Positions 9,002-17,852 of a stretch of DNA of 64,000 bases are shown here, piece after piece. The notes beneath the pieces were generated by a model, which was not told where the DNA came from, did not search any database, and saw only the letters and a program-made list of their open reading frames with translations. Both the position numbers and the translations under genes were made by a program. The stretch comes from an uncultured Candidatus Saccharibacteria bacterium (lineage in GTDB: Bacteria; Patescibacteriota; Minisyncoccia; Ryanbacterales; GWA2-47-10b), in contig CAYHJF010000003.1 in assembly GCA_964356915.1 (NCBI GenBank), positions 17,579-81,578 of the forward strand, in the 5' to 3' direction. Positions within the stretch are counted from its first letter, which is position 1. Every line of letters starts with the position of its first letter.

Positions 9002-10408
9002 ATGTCCCAACGAACAAAACACGCTTTCCTGATTCTATTCATAACACTTGGTCTTGGCACATGGACCGGAGGTTATCGCTTCATCGAATTCCCTAAATAT
9101 TGGTGGGATGAAAGTTTTACAATCGAGATAGCACGCACAGTGTTAGAAACTGGCCGCGTGGATATTACCATTGCTCCTCACACACCCTCAAACATCGCCA
9201 TCGCACTAAGCGCGAATGGATTCCCAATGTCCCTACCCCTCGCTCTGATGTTTCATATTTTTGGCATTGGCATCTTCCAAGCACGACTCTATATGCTTCT
9301 ATGGCTTATCGGGGGTGCACTCACTCTTTGGCTCTTACTCCGCAAATTCTTCGACGGCACTGACGCAATACTTGCCATGCTACCAGTTATTACATTCGCA
9401 TCATTTTACGCGAATGGCAGAACTGCAACGGGCGACATTCCTGGTTTTTTATTTTTTACTCTCGGTATTGGCATGATTATCGCTGAAGAACGGTATGTGT
9501 TTGGCGGCTTGCTACTCGGACTCGCGACGGTCACGAAGACATCTCTCTATCACATGGCCTTACCAGCAATCTTCTTCTGGTGGCTACTACGCGCGCGCTC
9601 ACTTGGCATACGACCAATTCTTAAGATCGCATCGAGTGCCGCATGTGTTGGAATTTTATGGTTTCTTCTCCTCCTTCCTCGACCCTATGCCTTCTCGCAG
9701 ATCATGCCTGCACTCGAATTTTATAAAAATCCGATCAATAAACCATCACTTCTCATGCGCATGCCGCAAAGTCTTACGGAAATATTTGGATCGACGACCA
9801 TCATTTATTTGCTCGGCATCTGCATCTTAATCACATGGGCACGAGTAAGGAATGGCTTTAGCAAAACCCAGCGAAATTTCATTACGTATGTAGGAATCTA
9901 TAGCATCCTTCAACTAATCGTTTTTCTCCGTAGCCCCGGCTGGCATCGCTACTTACTAGCTGTAGAGCTATTACTACTCTCCGTCCTTTACCCATCACTT
10001 GTCGCTATACTGGGAACATCTCGTAAACGCCTCGCGACATTCGCCACCCTCTTACTCGCTTGTATTCAAACGGGCCACTATATACTGGCTTCATCAATCT
10101 TTCCGCATAAAAATCCTGAACTCCAAGCATCTCATATACAAACGCTTCTTGAAGCAAATCCGGGGAGCACGGTTGGTTTTGTCGATAACCCCATGACTGC
10201 AGCTCTCATTTCTGGAAACCAAAAATATCAACGAGTACATGTTGGCGGACAAACATATGCGGGACGTCATCCTCTCGACTTACCACAAGATCAACTTCCA
10301 ACATTTTTTGTCCCACCCGTAGATGACGAACACGCCATCATCATCAATACACTTTATACGCCCATAGAATCGGATGACGGATTTATCATCTATAAAAAGA
10401 AAGACTAA
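9002..10408 (+). CDS. GT-C fold membrane glycosyltransferase (ArnT/PMT GT39/GT83-like).
   Basis: About 11 TM helices. The first extracytoplasmic loop has the motif YWWDESFTIEIARTV (DE). The ORF track starts at 8924, but the ATG at 9002 (MSQRTKHAF) avoids overlap with the convergent gene. Confidence 0.6.
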   Translation: MSQRTKHAFLILFITLGLGTWTGGYRFIEFPKYWWDESFTIEIARTVLETGRVDITIAPHTPSNIAIALSANGFPMSLPLALMFHIFGIGIFQARLYMLLWLIGGALTLWLLLRKFFDGTDAILAMLPVITFASFYANGRTATGDIPGFLFFTLGIGMIIAEERYVFGGLLLGLATVTKTSLYHMALPAIFFWWLLRARSLGIRPILKIASSAACVGILWFLLLLPRPYAFSQIMPALEFYKNPINKPSLLMRMPQSLTEIFGSTTIIYLLGICILITWARVRNGFSKTQRNFITYVGIYSILQLIVFLRSPGWHRYLLAVELLLLSVLYPSLVAILGTSRKRLATFATLLLACIQTGHYILASSIFPHKNPELQASHIQTLLEANPGSTVGFVDNPMTAALISGNQKYQRVHVGGQTYAGRHPLDLPQDQLPTFFVPPVDDEHAIIINTLYTPIESDDGFIIYKKKD

Positions 10409-11334
10409 GATTGCTTCTTAAATTTCTTTAGCACATGACGGGCAATATGTTCTGCCTGTAACTGATGAAATGCTCGCAAATCTTCATGTGATCCTGCTCG
10501 CGTCGTAAACCGATCGCGGACACCAAGACGCAATGTCTTTGTCGGCATAACACTCGAGTCAAAAAGAACCTCTGCAACACTACTCCCTAACCCTCCAATA
10601 ACACTGTGCTCTTCTACGGTAACGATCATCTTCGTTTCGCGAGAAGCTCGAAGAATACTTTTCGCATCAATAGGTTTAATTGTTGGGAATGACAAAATAC
10701 GCACACTTAATCCTCCTTCTTCAAGTAATCGTGCGGCTCCTAAAACATGTACTGCGATAGATCCCGTAACACAGAAGGTAATATCACTCCCCGAGCGAAG
10801 TGTAAGTGCGCGACCAACCCGAAAAGAAGGTTTACGCGTATGAATGAGTTCGTCTCCTTTTTTACCAATACGGATATACACGGGACCCTTTATTGCAGCG
10901 GCTGCCTTCGTCACAAGTTCAGCCTCTACAGGATCTGCCGGAGAAAACACGGTCATATTAGGCAACCCCCTCATCAATCCCAAATCATCAATCGCGTGAT
11001 GCGTAGGGCCCAATTGACCATATACAAGCCCCGCTCCTACACCAATAATTTTTACATTTGCCTGCTGTAATGCAATATCATTACGAATCTGCTCGTACAC
11101 GCGTGCGGTTACAAATGGGATTATCGAATACACAAAAACTGTTTTGCCAGATAACGCGAGTCCTGCGGCAGCACCCATCATATTTGCTTCAGCAACTCCC
11201 ATATTCATCGAACGCGAAGGAAATTGTTCAGTAAAGTGCTCGAGAACAGAAAACCCAAGATCGCCATTCAACAATACAATGTTCGAATTTTTCTTTGCCA
11301 ACCCCTCAAGAGTTTGAATAAATGCAGTTCGCAT
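10405..11334 (-). CDS. Transketolase, C-terminal (pyrimidine-binding) subunit.
   Basis: FSRSMNMGVAEANMMGAAAGLALSGKTVFVYSIIPFVTARVYEQIRNDIALQQANVKIIGVGAGLVYGQLGPTHHAIDDL. Confidence 0.85.
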   Translation of the reverse strand: MRTAFIQTLEGLAKKNSNIVLLNGDLGFSVLEHFTEQFPSRSMNMGVAEANMMGAAAGLALSGKTVFVYSIIPFVTARVYEQIRNDIALQQANVKIIGVGAGLVYGQLGPTHHAIDDLGLMRGLPNMTVFSPADPVEAELVTKAAAAIKGPVYIRIGKKGDELIHTRKPSFRVGRALTLRSGSDITFCVTGSIAVHVLGAARLLEEGGLSVRILSFPTIKPIDAKSILRASRETKMIVTVEEHSVIGGLGSSVAEVLFDSSVMPTKTLRLGVRDRFTTRAGSHEDLRAFHQLQAEHIARHVLKKFKKQS

Positions 11335-11335
11335 A

Positions 11336-12145
11336 TTAATCTCTCAGTTCTTTTAAGGCTTGCTCTCCAAGCTCCCCTGTTGGCGAGCGATAATGCCATT
11401 CAAGCTTATCTTCCATATATGAAACTCCCTTTCCTTTAACTGTATGAGCAATAATACACTGTGGTTTACCTTGTGTTTTTTTTGCCTTACCAAGTGCATC
11501 TCTGATCTCTTCGAAATCATGTCCATCAACCTCACTTACATTCCAACGAAATGCTTCAAACTTTTGCTTCAGCGGCTCAAGGTCAAGTACATCTGCGGTG
11601 CGCCCAAAACTTTGAATTTTATTGTAATCAATAATAACTGTCAGATTATCGAGTTTATGAAATCCAGCAAATAATATTGATTCCCATACGGAACCTTCAT
11701 CACACTCTCCATCCGACAGAAGAACGTACGTGCGCCATGCCTTTCGATCCATTCGTGCTGCAAGTGCCATACCGACACCCATCGGTAGCCCATGCCCTAA
11801 CGAGCCAGTAGCCACCTCGACTCCTGGTGCTGAAAAACGCGTTGGGTGAGTAGTAAGATTCGCCCCCAAACAAAACTGATCAAGCTTCTTTTTTGAAAAA
11901 AACCCTCTCTCTGCAAGAGTTGCATACAATACCGCGCCAGCATGCCCCTTACTCAATAAAAAACGATCGCGAAGCGCCCAGTCAGGCCGACGAGGATCAA
12001 TACGCATCACGTCAAAATATAACGCAACTAAAATTTCAACAGCAGAAAGCGCGCTACCAGAGTGTGATGCGTTTGCACGGCCCGACATAATAATAATATC
12101 GCGTCGTATTTGGCGAGCAACTTCCTTAAGCTTCGCGCTTTGCAT
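11336..12145 (-). CDS. Transketolase, N-terminal (ThDP-binding) subunit.
   Basis: LSKGHAGAVLYATLAERGFF...HPTRFSAPGVEVATGSLGHGLPMGVGMALAARMDRKAWRTYVLLSDGECDEGSVWE. Confidence 0.85.
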   Translation of the reverse strand: MQSAKLKEVARQIRRDIIIMSGRANASHSGSALSAVEILVALYFDVMRIDPRRPDWALRDRFLLSKGHAGAVLYATLAERGFFSKKKLDQFCLGANLTTHPTRFSAPGVEVATGSLGHGLPMGVGMALAARMDRKAWRTYVLLSDGECDEGSVWESILFAGFHKLDNLTVIIDYNKIQSFGRTADVLDLEPLKQKFEAFRWNVSEVDGHDFEEIRDALGKAKKTQGKPQCIIAHTVKGKGVSYMEDKLEWHYRSPTGELGEQALKELRD

Positions 12146-13076
12146 ATAGATCTATGCTATCACGAAACCATTCGTATGTTTTCAAAAGCCCATCATCGAA
12201 TGAAACTGCTGGACGCCACCCGTGTTCTCGAGCGCACCCAATATCAGCAACCCAGCGATTTGTATCAAATGATCTACCGGCAACACTACCCCATGCACAC
12301 GGGATAGAAACTCCACTCACTCGCATACTCGTATCAACGACCTCACCAATTGAATGCTCTTCTCCGCTGCCAATATTAATAATCTCACCCGACTTCAAAT
12401 CGCTCGTGGCAAACAATATGGCAGCACGCGTAACATCATCGATGTGTATAAAATCTCTCTTTGGTTCTGGAGATGACGCGTTGAGTGTCGTATGTCTCAC
12501 AAGCGCAGTCATCGTATCCGTAATAAGACGCTTTGGTTCTTCGTACGGACCAAAAACTGAAAATAATCTAAGTGTTACGAGTGGTAGCCCCTTTAAGGCG
12601 TAGGATCTTCCTATATACGTCTGCGCAAGCTTACTAATCGCATACGGAGTCTCGGGCTGACAAAGATCATCTTCTCGCATCGGCATCTGTTTCTTCCCAT
12701 ATTCAGAAGAGCTGCCAAAGTTTATTACTTTTTTTACTGACCCTAAATTTTCTAACAAAGAAAATAATTTTTCGCTCCCAAGAACATTCACACGCATCAT
12801 ACGTGCCATATCTTGTTGAGCTGGATATCCACCATACATCGCCGCATGAAATACATACTCCGGAGCAATATCACGTATATTTTTTTCAAGTTCTTCATAA
12901 TTTTCAAGATCGCCTACACGCACATCAAAATCACGAATACTATCTTGAAGTCGCCACGCGCGATGCGTATCTCGCAGGAGCACCGAAACCTGCGCGCCCC
13001 GTGAGACTAAATACCGCGCAAGATTTGCTCCAATAAATCCCCCCGCGCCCGTAACAAGAACGCGCGCACCTCTCAT
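12126..13076 (-). CDS. NAD-dependent sugar-nucleotide epimerase/reductase (extended SDR).
   Basis: [19 protein letters not shown]-terminal Rossmann motif and the YAISK catalytic motif. Confidence 0.8.
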   Translation of the reverse strand: MRGARVLVTGAGGFIGANLARYLVSRGAQVSVLLRDTHRAWRLQDSIRDFDVRVGDLENYEELEKNIRDIAPEYVFHAAMYGGYPAQQDMARMMRVNVLGSEKLFSLLENLGSVKKVINFGSSSEYGKKQMPMREDDLCQPETPYAISKLAQTYIGRSYALKGLPLVTLRLFSVFGPYEEPKRLITDTMTALVRHTTLNASSPEPKRDFIHIDDVTRAAILFATSDLKSGEIINIGSGEEHSIGEVVDTSMRVSGVSIPCAWGSVAGRSFDTNRWVADIGCAREHGWRPAVSFDDGLLKTYEWFRDSIDLYAKREA

Positions 13077-14053
13077 AGCACACCTAAAAATTGCTTATAC
13101 CAAACTATCGTCTTTGCAAGACCTTCATCAAACGTAAAGCGCGGCTTCCACCCAAGCATTGTCCGCGCCTTTTGTGCTGATAAATACTGATGCTGGATCT
13201 CATTGGCTGCTATCGCGCGAACATCTGGCTCAAGCTCTGGATGATTCATCATCCGAATAATCGAACGTACGACATCCAATACAGTTAATTGAATTTCATT
13301 AGAAAAGTTGAACGCATGCCCATGAATACTCGGGTCATCCATTTTTTCTGCGAGCGCCATGTACGCCTCAGCCGCATCTTCAATATAAAAATAATCTCGA
13401 ATCATGGAACCGTCACTTCGAATAATTGGCCGTTCATGAGCAATCACGGAACGAATAGTGCCAGGAATAATACGATTAAAATTAAGATCTCCGCCACCAT
13501 AAAAATTACCGCACCGCGTCACCGCTATAGGAAGCTTATACGTATTATAGTATGTATATGCAATCAAATCAGCAGCGCTTTTTGATACGTCGTATGGATG
13601 CTTCCCCTGCAAGGGAGCTGATTCATTATATGGGAGCGTCTCATGACTTCCGTATGCCTTATCTGAAGACGCAACTACTATTTTTTTCACTGTTGGCGTT
13701 CGACGCGCAGCCTCAAGAACATTCCACGTACCTTTAATATTTGATTCAAAAGTAGAAAGTGGATTACGGTTCGCGATCTCAACAATCGTTTGAGCGCCGA
13801 TATGAAAAATCGTATCGATCTCGTATTCTCCAAGCGCGCGTTCAATCGTAGCGTAATCCGAAAGATCTCCCCGAACAACCTGTATCTTGCGAATATACCC
13901 TGATCGATACAGCTCCGAATTCGGCACCGCATCTCGAATGAGTGCGGTCACGTGCGCGCCCCGATCAACAAGTAATTTTGTCAGTTGTGACCCTAAAAAA
14001 CCGGATGCTCCGGTAATAAAAACGTTTTTATATTGCCATTCTCCCTGACTCAT
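13073..14053 (-). CDS. CDP-glucose 4,6-dehydratase-like extended SDR.
   Basis: [41 protein letters not shown]...[36 protein letters not shown] resembles RfbG. The ORF track used a TTG at 14074; the ATG at 14053 is more plausible. Confidence 0.6.
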   Translation of the reverse strand: MSQGEWQYKNVFITGASGFLGSQLTKLLVDRGAHVTALIRDAVPNSELYRSGYIRKIQVVRGDLSDYATIERALGEYEIDTIFHIGAQTIVEIANRNPLSTFESNIKGTWNVLEAARRTPTVKKIVVASSDKAYGSHETLPYNESAPLQGKHPYDVSKSAADLIAYTYYNTYKLPIAVTRCGNFYGGGDLNFNRIIPGTIRSVIAHERPIIRSDGSMIRDYFYIEDAAEAYMALAEKMDDPSIHGHAFNFSNEIQLTVLDVVRSIIRMMNHPELEPDVRAIAANEIQHQYLSAQKARTMLGWKPRFTFDEGLAKTIVWYKQFLGVL

Positions 14054-14076
14054 AGTGGCGCCACAATACAACAAAA

Positions 14077-14098
14077 AAAGCGGTTTTGCAACCGCTTT
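14077..14098 (-). terminator. Intra-operon intrinsic-terminator-like hairpin between the Nudix-like gene and the dehydratase gene.
   Basis: aaagcggtt-ttgc-aaccgcttt: a 9-bp stem. On the transcribed (minus) strand it is followed by TTTTTTTGT. Confidence 0.45.
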
Positions 14099-14846
14099 AT
14101 CTTACCGATAAAACTTCTAATCCTTGATCATCAAAAAGAATGAAGGGAACACCCACGCCATCAGAATATGATTGAAGTGCTGCCAAGGCCGCATCGAATG
14201 TCTGGTAATCCCTGATAGCTTGAAAAAGTGTATCTTGAGCAGCGAATCCTCCTCTCGCAATTCGCCACTGCCATTCTGGGGCTTGCTGACAGTAATCAAA
14301 ATAAACACCGCCCTCTCTCATGACATTTATTCGAAGTAAATGTGCCCTCAAATATTCCACATACTTCCTGTGATGCTCGAGTGTATTGTCTGGGAGTTTG
14401 GTTAAAGGAAAAAAATTACCCTCTGGAGAATCCCCGTCAACGTCACACAAAAAGAAATGAGCCATCTGATGATTGGGCACCCAACCCGTACTTGGTCGCG
14501 CACTAAATGTCCTGATCTCGTGGTACGACCGCAAGGTAAATGCCGTCTCTTTTGCAAGAACACGACGAATCCACTCTTCGTGTGATTCTCCCCGAATAAG
14601 ATACCCTCCGGGCATATGCCACCCACGATAATGAGCATCTTCTCGAAACCACATAAAAATACAATCCGTATCGAGCATTCGTCGAACGATAGCAATCTCG
14701 CAAGAAACATATGGATGAATAGGAAAACCGCTTTCAAAGACTAGAGTTCCAGCCTTACGCCAGCCAACCTTTCTCTGAAGCTCTAAATACTTTGTAGTCT
14801 CGTCTGGGCTCAATGTGGTTACTTCGGGCTGCTTAAACATACCCAC
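14097..14846 (-). CDS. Hypothetical protein with a degenerate Nudix-like box.
   Basis: [28 protein letters not shown] approximates the Gx5Ex7REUxEExGU motif but lacks the REx2EE core. I recognise no other domain. Confidence 0.35.
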   Translation of the reverse strand: MGMFKQPEVTTLSPDETTKYLELQRKVGWRKAGTLVFESGFPIHPYVSCEIAIVRRMLDTDCIFMWFREDAHYRGWHMPGGYLIRGESHEEWIRRVLAKETAFTLRSYHEIRTFSARPSTGWVPNHQMAHFFLCDVDGDSPEGNFFPLTKLPDNTLEHHRKYVEYLRAHLLRINVMREGGVYFDYCQQAPEWQWRIARGGFAAQDTLFQAIRDYQTFDAALAALQSYSDGVGVPFILFDDQGLEVLSVR

Positions 14847-14931
14847 CCTCTCTTTTCAAGAAACTTGTTGCTACAACCTATACCACACAATTTAATAATT
14901 TACAAGAAATACTTCAAGCCACCGCTCTAAA

Positions 14932-15735
14932 CTACTCCCAGCCTCCATGGGCCTTGTGCTCCCATACCATCCACGGTCGGTCGCCCTTTTCATATAACGC
15001 ATTAATACCTTCAAGATGTTTGAGCGTATCAACACCCTGCCAAAATCCCGTGTGTTTATACACACCGAGTTGACCTTCTCGTGCCAAACGATTCAACGGT
15101 CCTTGCTCAAACACGCACGAACCAGAAGCATCAAGATATGAAAAAATACTTTTATTGCACACGAAAAATCCACCATTCGTCCAATCACGCGACTGAGGCT
15201 TCTCAACAAAAGATACAACACTATTATCAATAATCTCTAAAACACCAAACGGATTTGTCGTCTTCACTCCCGTCACCGTTACCATCTTATTACTCTTTCG
15301 ATGGTGCTCGAGTAATTGGGTAACATTAATATCTGCAATACCATCCCCGTACGTCACTAAAAATTCTTCGTCTCCTTCTACGTGCTTCGCGGCACGAGCA
15401 ATACGACTACCGGTATCACATTCGAGTCCCGTATCAACAAATGTAATCGTCCACCCAAGAGATTGCTTATCGTGATATTTAATTTCGCGCACTCCATCTG
15501 CAAGACGCAATGTAAAATCATGCGCGGATTCATCATGCTTAAGAAAATACTCTTTAATCATATCTCCCTTATATCCAAGGCACACCACAAACTCATTAAA
15601 ACCATAATATGAATATAGCTTCATGATGTGCCATAACATTGGCTTACCGCCCACCATTACAAGGGGTTTTGGTCGAAACTCCGTTTCCTCACGAAGTCGC
15701 GTGCCCTTACCTCCACATAAAATCATCACCTTCAT
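14932..15735 (-). CDS. rfbF: Glucose-1-phosphate cytidylyltransferase.
   Basis: MKVMILCGGKGTRLREETEFRPKPLVMVGGKPMLWHIMKLYSYYGFNEFVVCLGYKGDMIKEYF closely matches RfbF/DdhA. The ORF track start at 15771 is extended; the ATG at 15735 matches the family N-terminus. Confidence 0.9.
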   Translation of the reverse strand: MKVMILCGGKGTRLREETEFRPKPLVMVGGKPMLWHIMKLYSYYGFNEFVVCLGYKGDMIKEYFLKHDESAHDFTLRLADGVREIKYHDKQSLGWTITFVDTGLECDTGSRIARAAKHVEGDEEFLVTYGDGIADINVTQLLEHHRKSNKMVTVTGVKTTNPFGVLEIIDNSVVSFVEKPQSRDWTNGGFFVCNKSIFSYLDASGSCVFEQGPLNRLAREGQLGVYKHTGFWQGVDTLKHLEGINALYEKGDRPWMVWEHKAHGGWE

Positions 15736-15812
15736 ATCGCCTACCCAACAACACTTTGCATGAAAAATCAAGAGCTATAGGCTCAGCGTGAAATTCTGCC
15801 TATAATACAAGA

Positions 15813-17105
15813 GTGAAAAATCGCACAATATCTATCATAGTGATTGCTCTCGCAATACGCATTCTTATTGGAGGACTCCTCTTTCTATATAACCCCTCAT
15901 TCCCAGCGATTGGCGGGGATGCTGAAGGATACTGGTCACTCGCGCATAATATTATCGATCAACATGAATATTATGGCCCCGACGAAGCATCCCGAAGTCT
16001 CCGCCGACCTCCTGGGTACCCCTCTTGGCTCGCACTATGGTATGGAATTTTTGGAGAAAACGGACGCTTCCTTGCCTCTTTCATCCAAATAATTCTTACA
16101 GCGATAAGCGCAGGTATTTTATATCAAATCATTACGAAACATTTTTCTAAGCGTGCCGCATGGATTGGGAGCCTTATTTTTGCACTAGAACCAAATAGCG
16201 CCTATTACTCCACACTTCTGCTGAGCGACAGCTTGTTCGTATTTTTTATTGTATATGGATTTCATGAACTTATCGTAAAAGAACGCGTGCTCTACGCAGG
16301 AATACTCTTAGGTGTTGCAGCGCTCATTCGACCTGTCGCGTATTATGTACCCCTTGTTATTTTTATCTACGCTGTCATATCACGTATTCCATTTCGAAAA
16401 TTTGTTTTATATCTACTCGGATTTTTATTAATCATCACTCCGTGGATGGTACGTAACTGGATTGTTGTAGATAGCTTCGATATATCTTCTTCGGGTATCT
16501 CTACATACTACCGCTACGTCTTACCATCATTTCGCGCTTTTGTGTCTAACGGAACGTATGATGACATCCGAGAACAAACAGTCCGTGCATTTGACGACGC
16601 CGTCGCAAAGGGCGCTCGACCAAATGAATTCATGTCTCGAGAACTTCGAAAAGAGATTATAGCTCACCCAATTTCTTACGGCATCTTTCATGCAATTAAA
16701 ACAATACCGTTTTTCCTTGGTGATGGACTTCGCGAAATTTTTCAAAAAAATAATATCCTCGAAGAAAAGCAACCGAATATCTCCTCCCTAGTGATGCATG
16801 GCAAACTCTCTATACTCTCAAAAGAATTTCGAGCGAAACCTTATCTCGCTCTCACGGCAGTCATAAATATCTGGTGGATTGGAATTATCATAAGTGCACT
16901 CTATGGCACTTTGTACGCGTGGCGAGATACGAAAAATAAAAAAACGATAGCAATTCTTTTTGCTCTTTTAATTCTATTCTTTGCCCTATTATCAGGCCCT
17001 GCTTCCACAACACGCCATCGAATGAGCGCTCTCCCCTTTCTTGCAGGACTTGCAGCTATCGGCTGCGATTACTGGCTCTTGCGAAAAACAAAAACTAGAT
17101 CGTAA
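15813..17105 (+). CDS. GT-C fold glycosyltransferase, ArnT/PMT family (GT83/GT39-like). It uses a GTG start.
   Basis: AIGGDAEGYWSLAHNII...RRPPGYPSWLALWYGIFG and about 11 TM helices. A TATAAT sits at 15801-15806, immediately upstream of the GTG. Confidence 0.7.
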   Translation: MKNRTISIIVIALAIRILIGGLLFLYNPSFPAIGGDAEGYWSLAHNIIDQHEYYGPDEASRSLRRPPGYPSWLALWYGIFGENGRFLASFIQIILTAISAGILYQIITKHFSKRAAWIGSLIFALEPNSAYYSTLLLSDSLFVFFIVYGFHELIVKERVLYAGILLGVAALIRPVAYYVPLVIFIYAVISRIPFRKFVLYLLGFLLIITPWMVRNWIVVDSFDISSSGISTYYRYVLPSFRAFVSNGTYDDIREQTVRAFDDAVAKGARPNEFMSRELRKEIIAHPISYGIFHAIKTIPFFLGDGLREIFQKNNILEEKQPNISSLVMHGKLSILSKEFRAKPYLALTAVINIWWIGIIISALYGTLYAWRDTKNKKTIAILFALLILFFALLSGPASTTRHRMSALPFLAGLAAIGCDYWLLRKTKTRS

Positions 17106-17788
17106 GCAATATATTTAAAAAACGGAATCCGTACACACACTCGATCACACATATTCCAAAATGGCGCGCCGAATCGATAGAAAAATTTTGGTACAACACC
17201 AATACCATACCAACGGACCACCTCAAGACCATGAGCACGAAATAATCGCCTTGCACTCATCACGCTCATTGTATTTAATTTCCGTCCACGCAATGTAAAT
17301 AAAATCTTGGTAAAAAATCGATAGCTCATGCTGTTCCCGTGGACATTTGCTATAAATATGCTTTGTGAATCATGTAGCTTTGGAACAAGTACTTTCAATG
17401 CCGCCTCTCTCAATTCTGATTGAGCATTAAGAAAAAATCGAAACGCAGTAATAATATTAAATGTTCTATCCTTGAAAACATCAGCTACGGTTAAATCTGC
17501 AACGATATATTCTGCGCGCACCGTCTTATGTCGTGCCTCGTCGATCATCTCACTGGCAATATCAACACCCGTCACATGCGTCACCTTATCCTCAAGAAAA
17601 ACTGTGATACGTCCCGTACCACAAGCGAAATCAAGTGCATCCCCAGTAGAATAACTTGCAAGCTCACGAGCAAGAATGCCCTGTTCAATCTCCCATATAC
17701 GATCATCGTAGGAACCCGCACGATAAATCATCCGCTCATACTGATCGGTTTTTCGAATACTTTGGTGAGAAATTCGATAATCTTTCAT
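17069..17788 (-). CDS. Class I SAM-dependent methyltransferase.
   Basis: ALDFACGTGRITVFLEDKVTHVTGVDIASEMI: motif I of the Rossmann methyltransferase fold. Confidence 0.7.
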   Translation of the reverse strand: MKDYRISHQSIRKTDQYERMIYRAGSYDDRIWEIEQGILARELASYSTGDALDFACGTGRITVFLEDKVTHVTGVDIASEMIDEARHKTVRAEYIVADLTVADVFKDRTFNIITAFRFFLNAQSELREAALKVLVPKLHDSQSIFIANVHGNSMSYRFFTKILFTLRGRKLNTMSVMSARRLFRAHGLEVVRWYGIGVVPKFFYRFGAPFWNMCDRVCVRIPFFKYIAYDLVFVFRKSQ

Positions 17789-17852
17789 TGAATACCAGAA
17801 ACTATACCATGAATGGCATGGCTAAAAAACCTATGTTAGCATTGAACAATCC

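Noticed and set aside
14097..14846. Calling 14097..14846 a bona fide Nudix hydrolase.
   Set aside because: The box lacks the REx2EE catalytic glutamates. I kept it only as Nudix-like and hypothetical.
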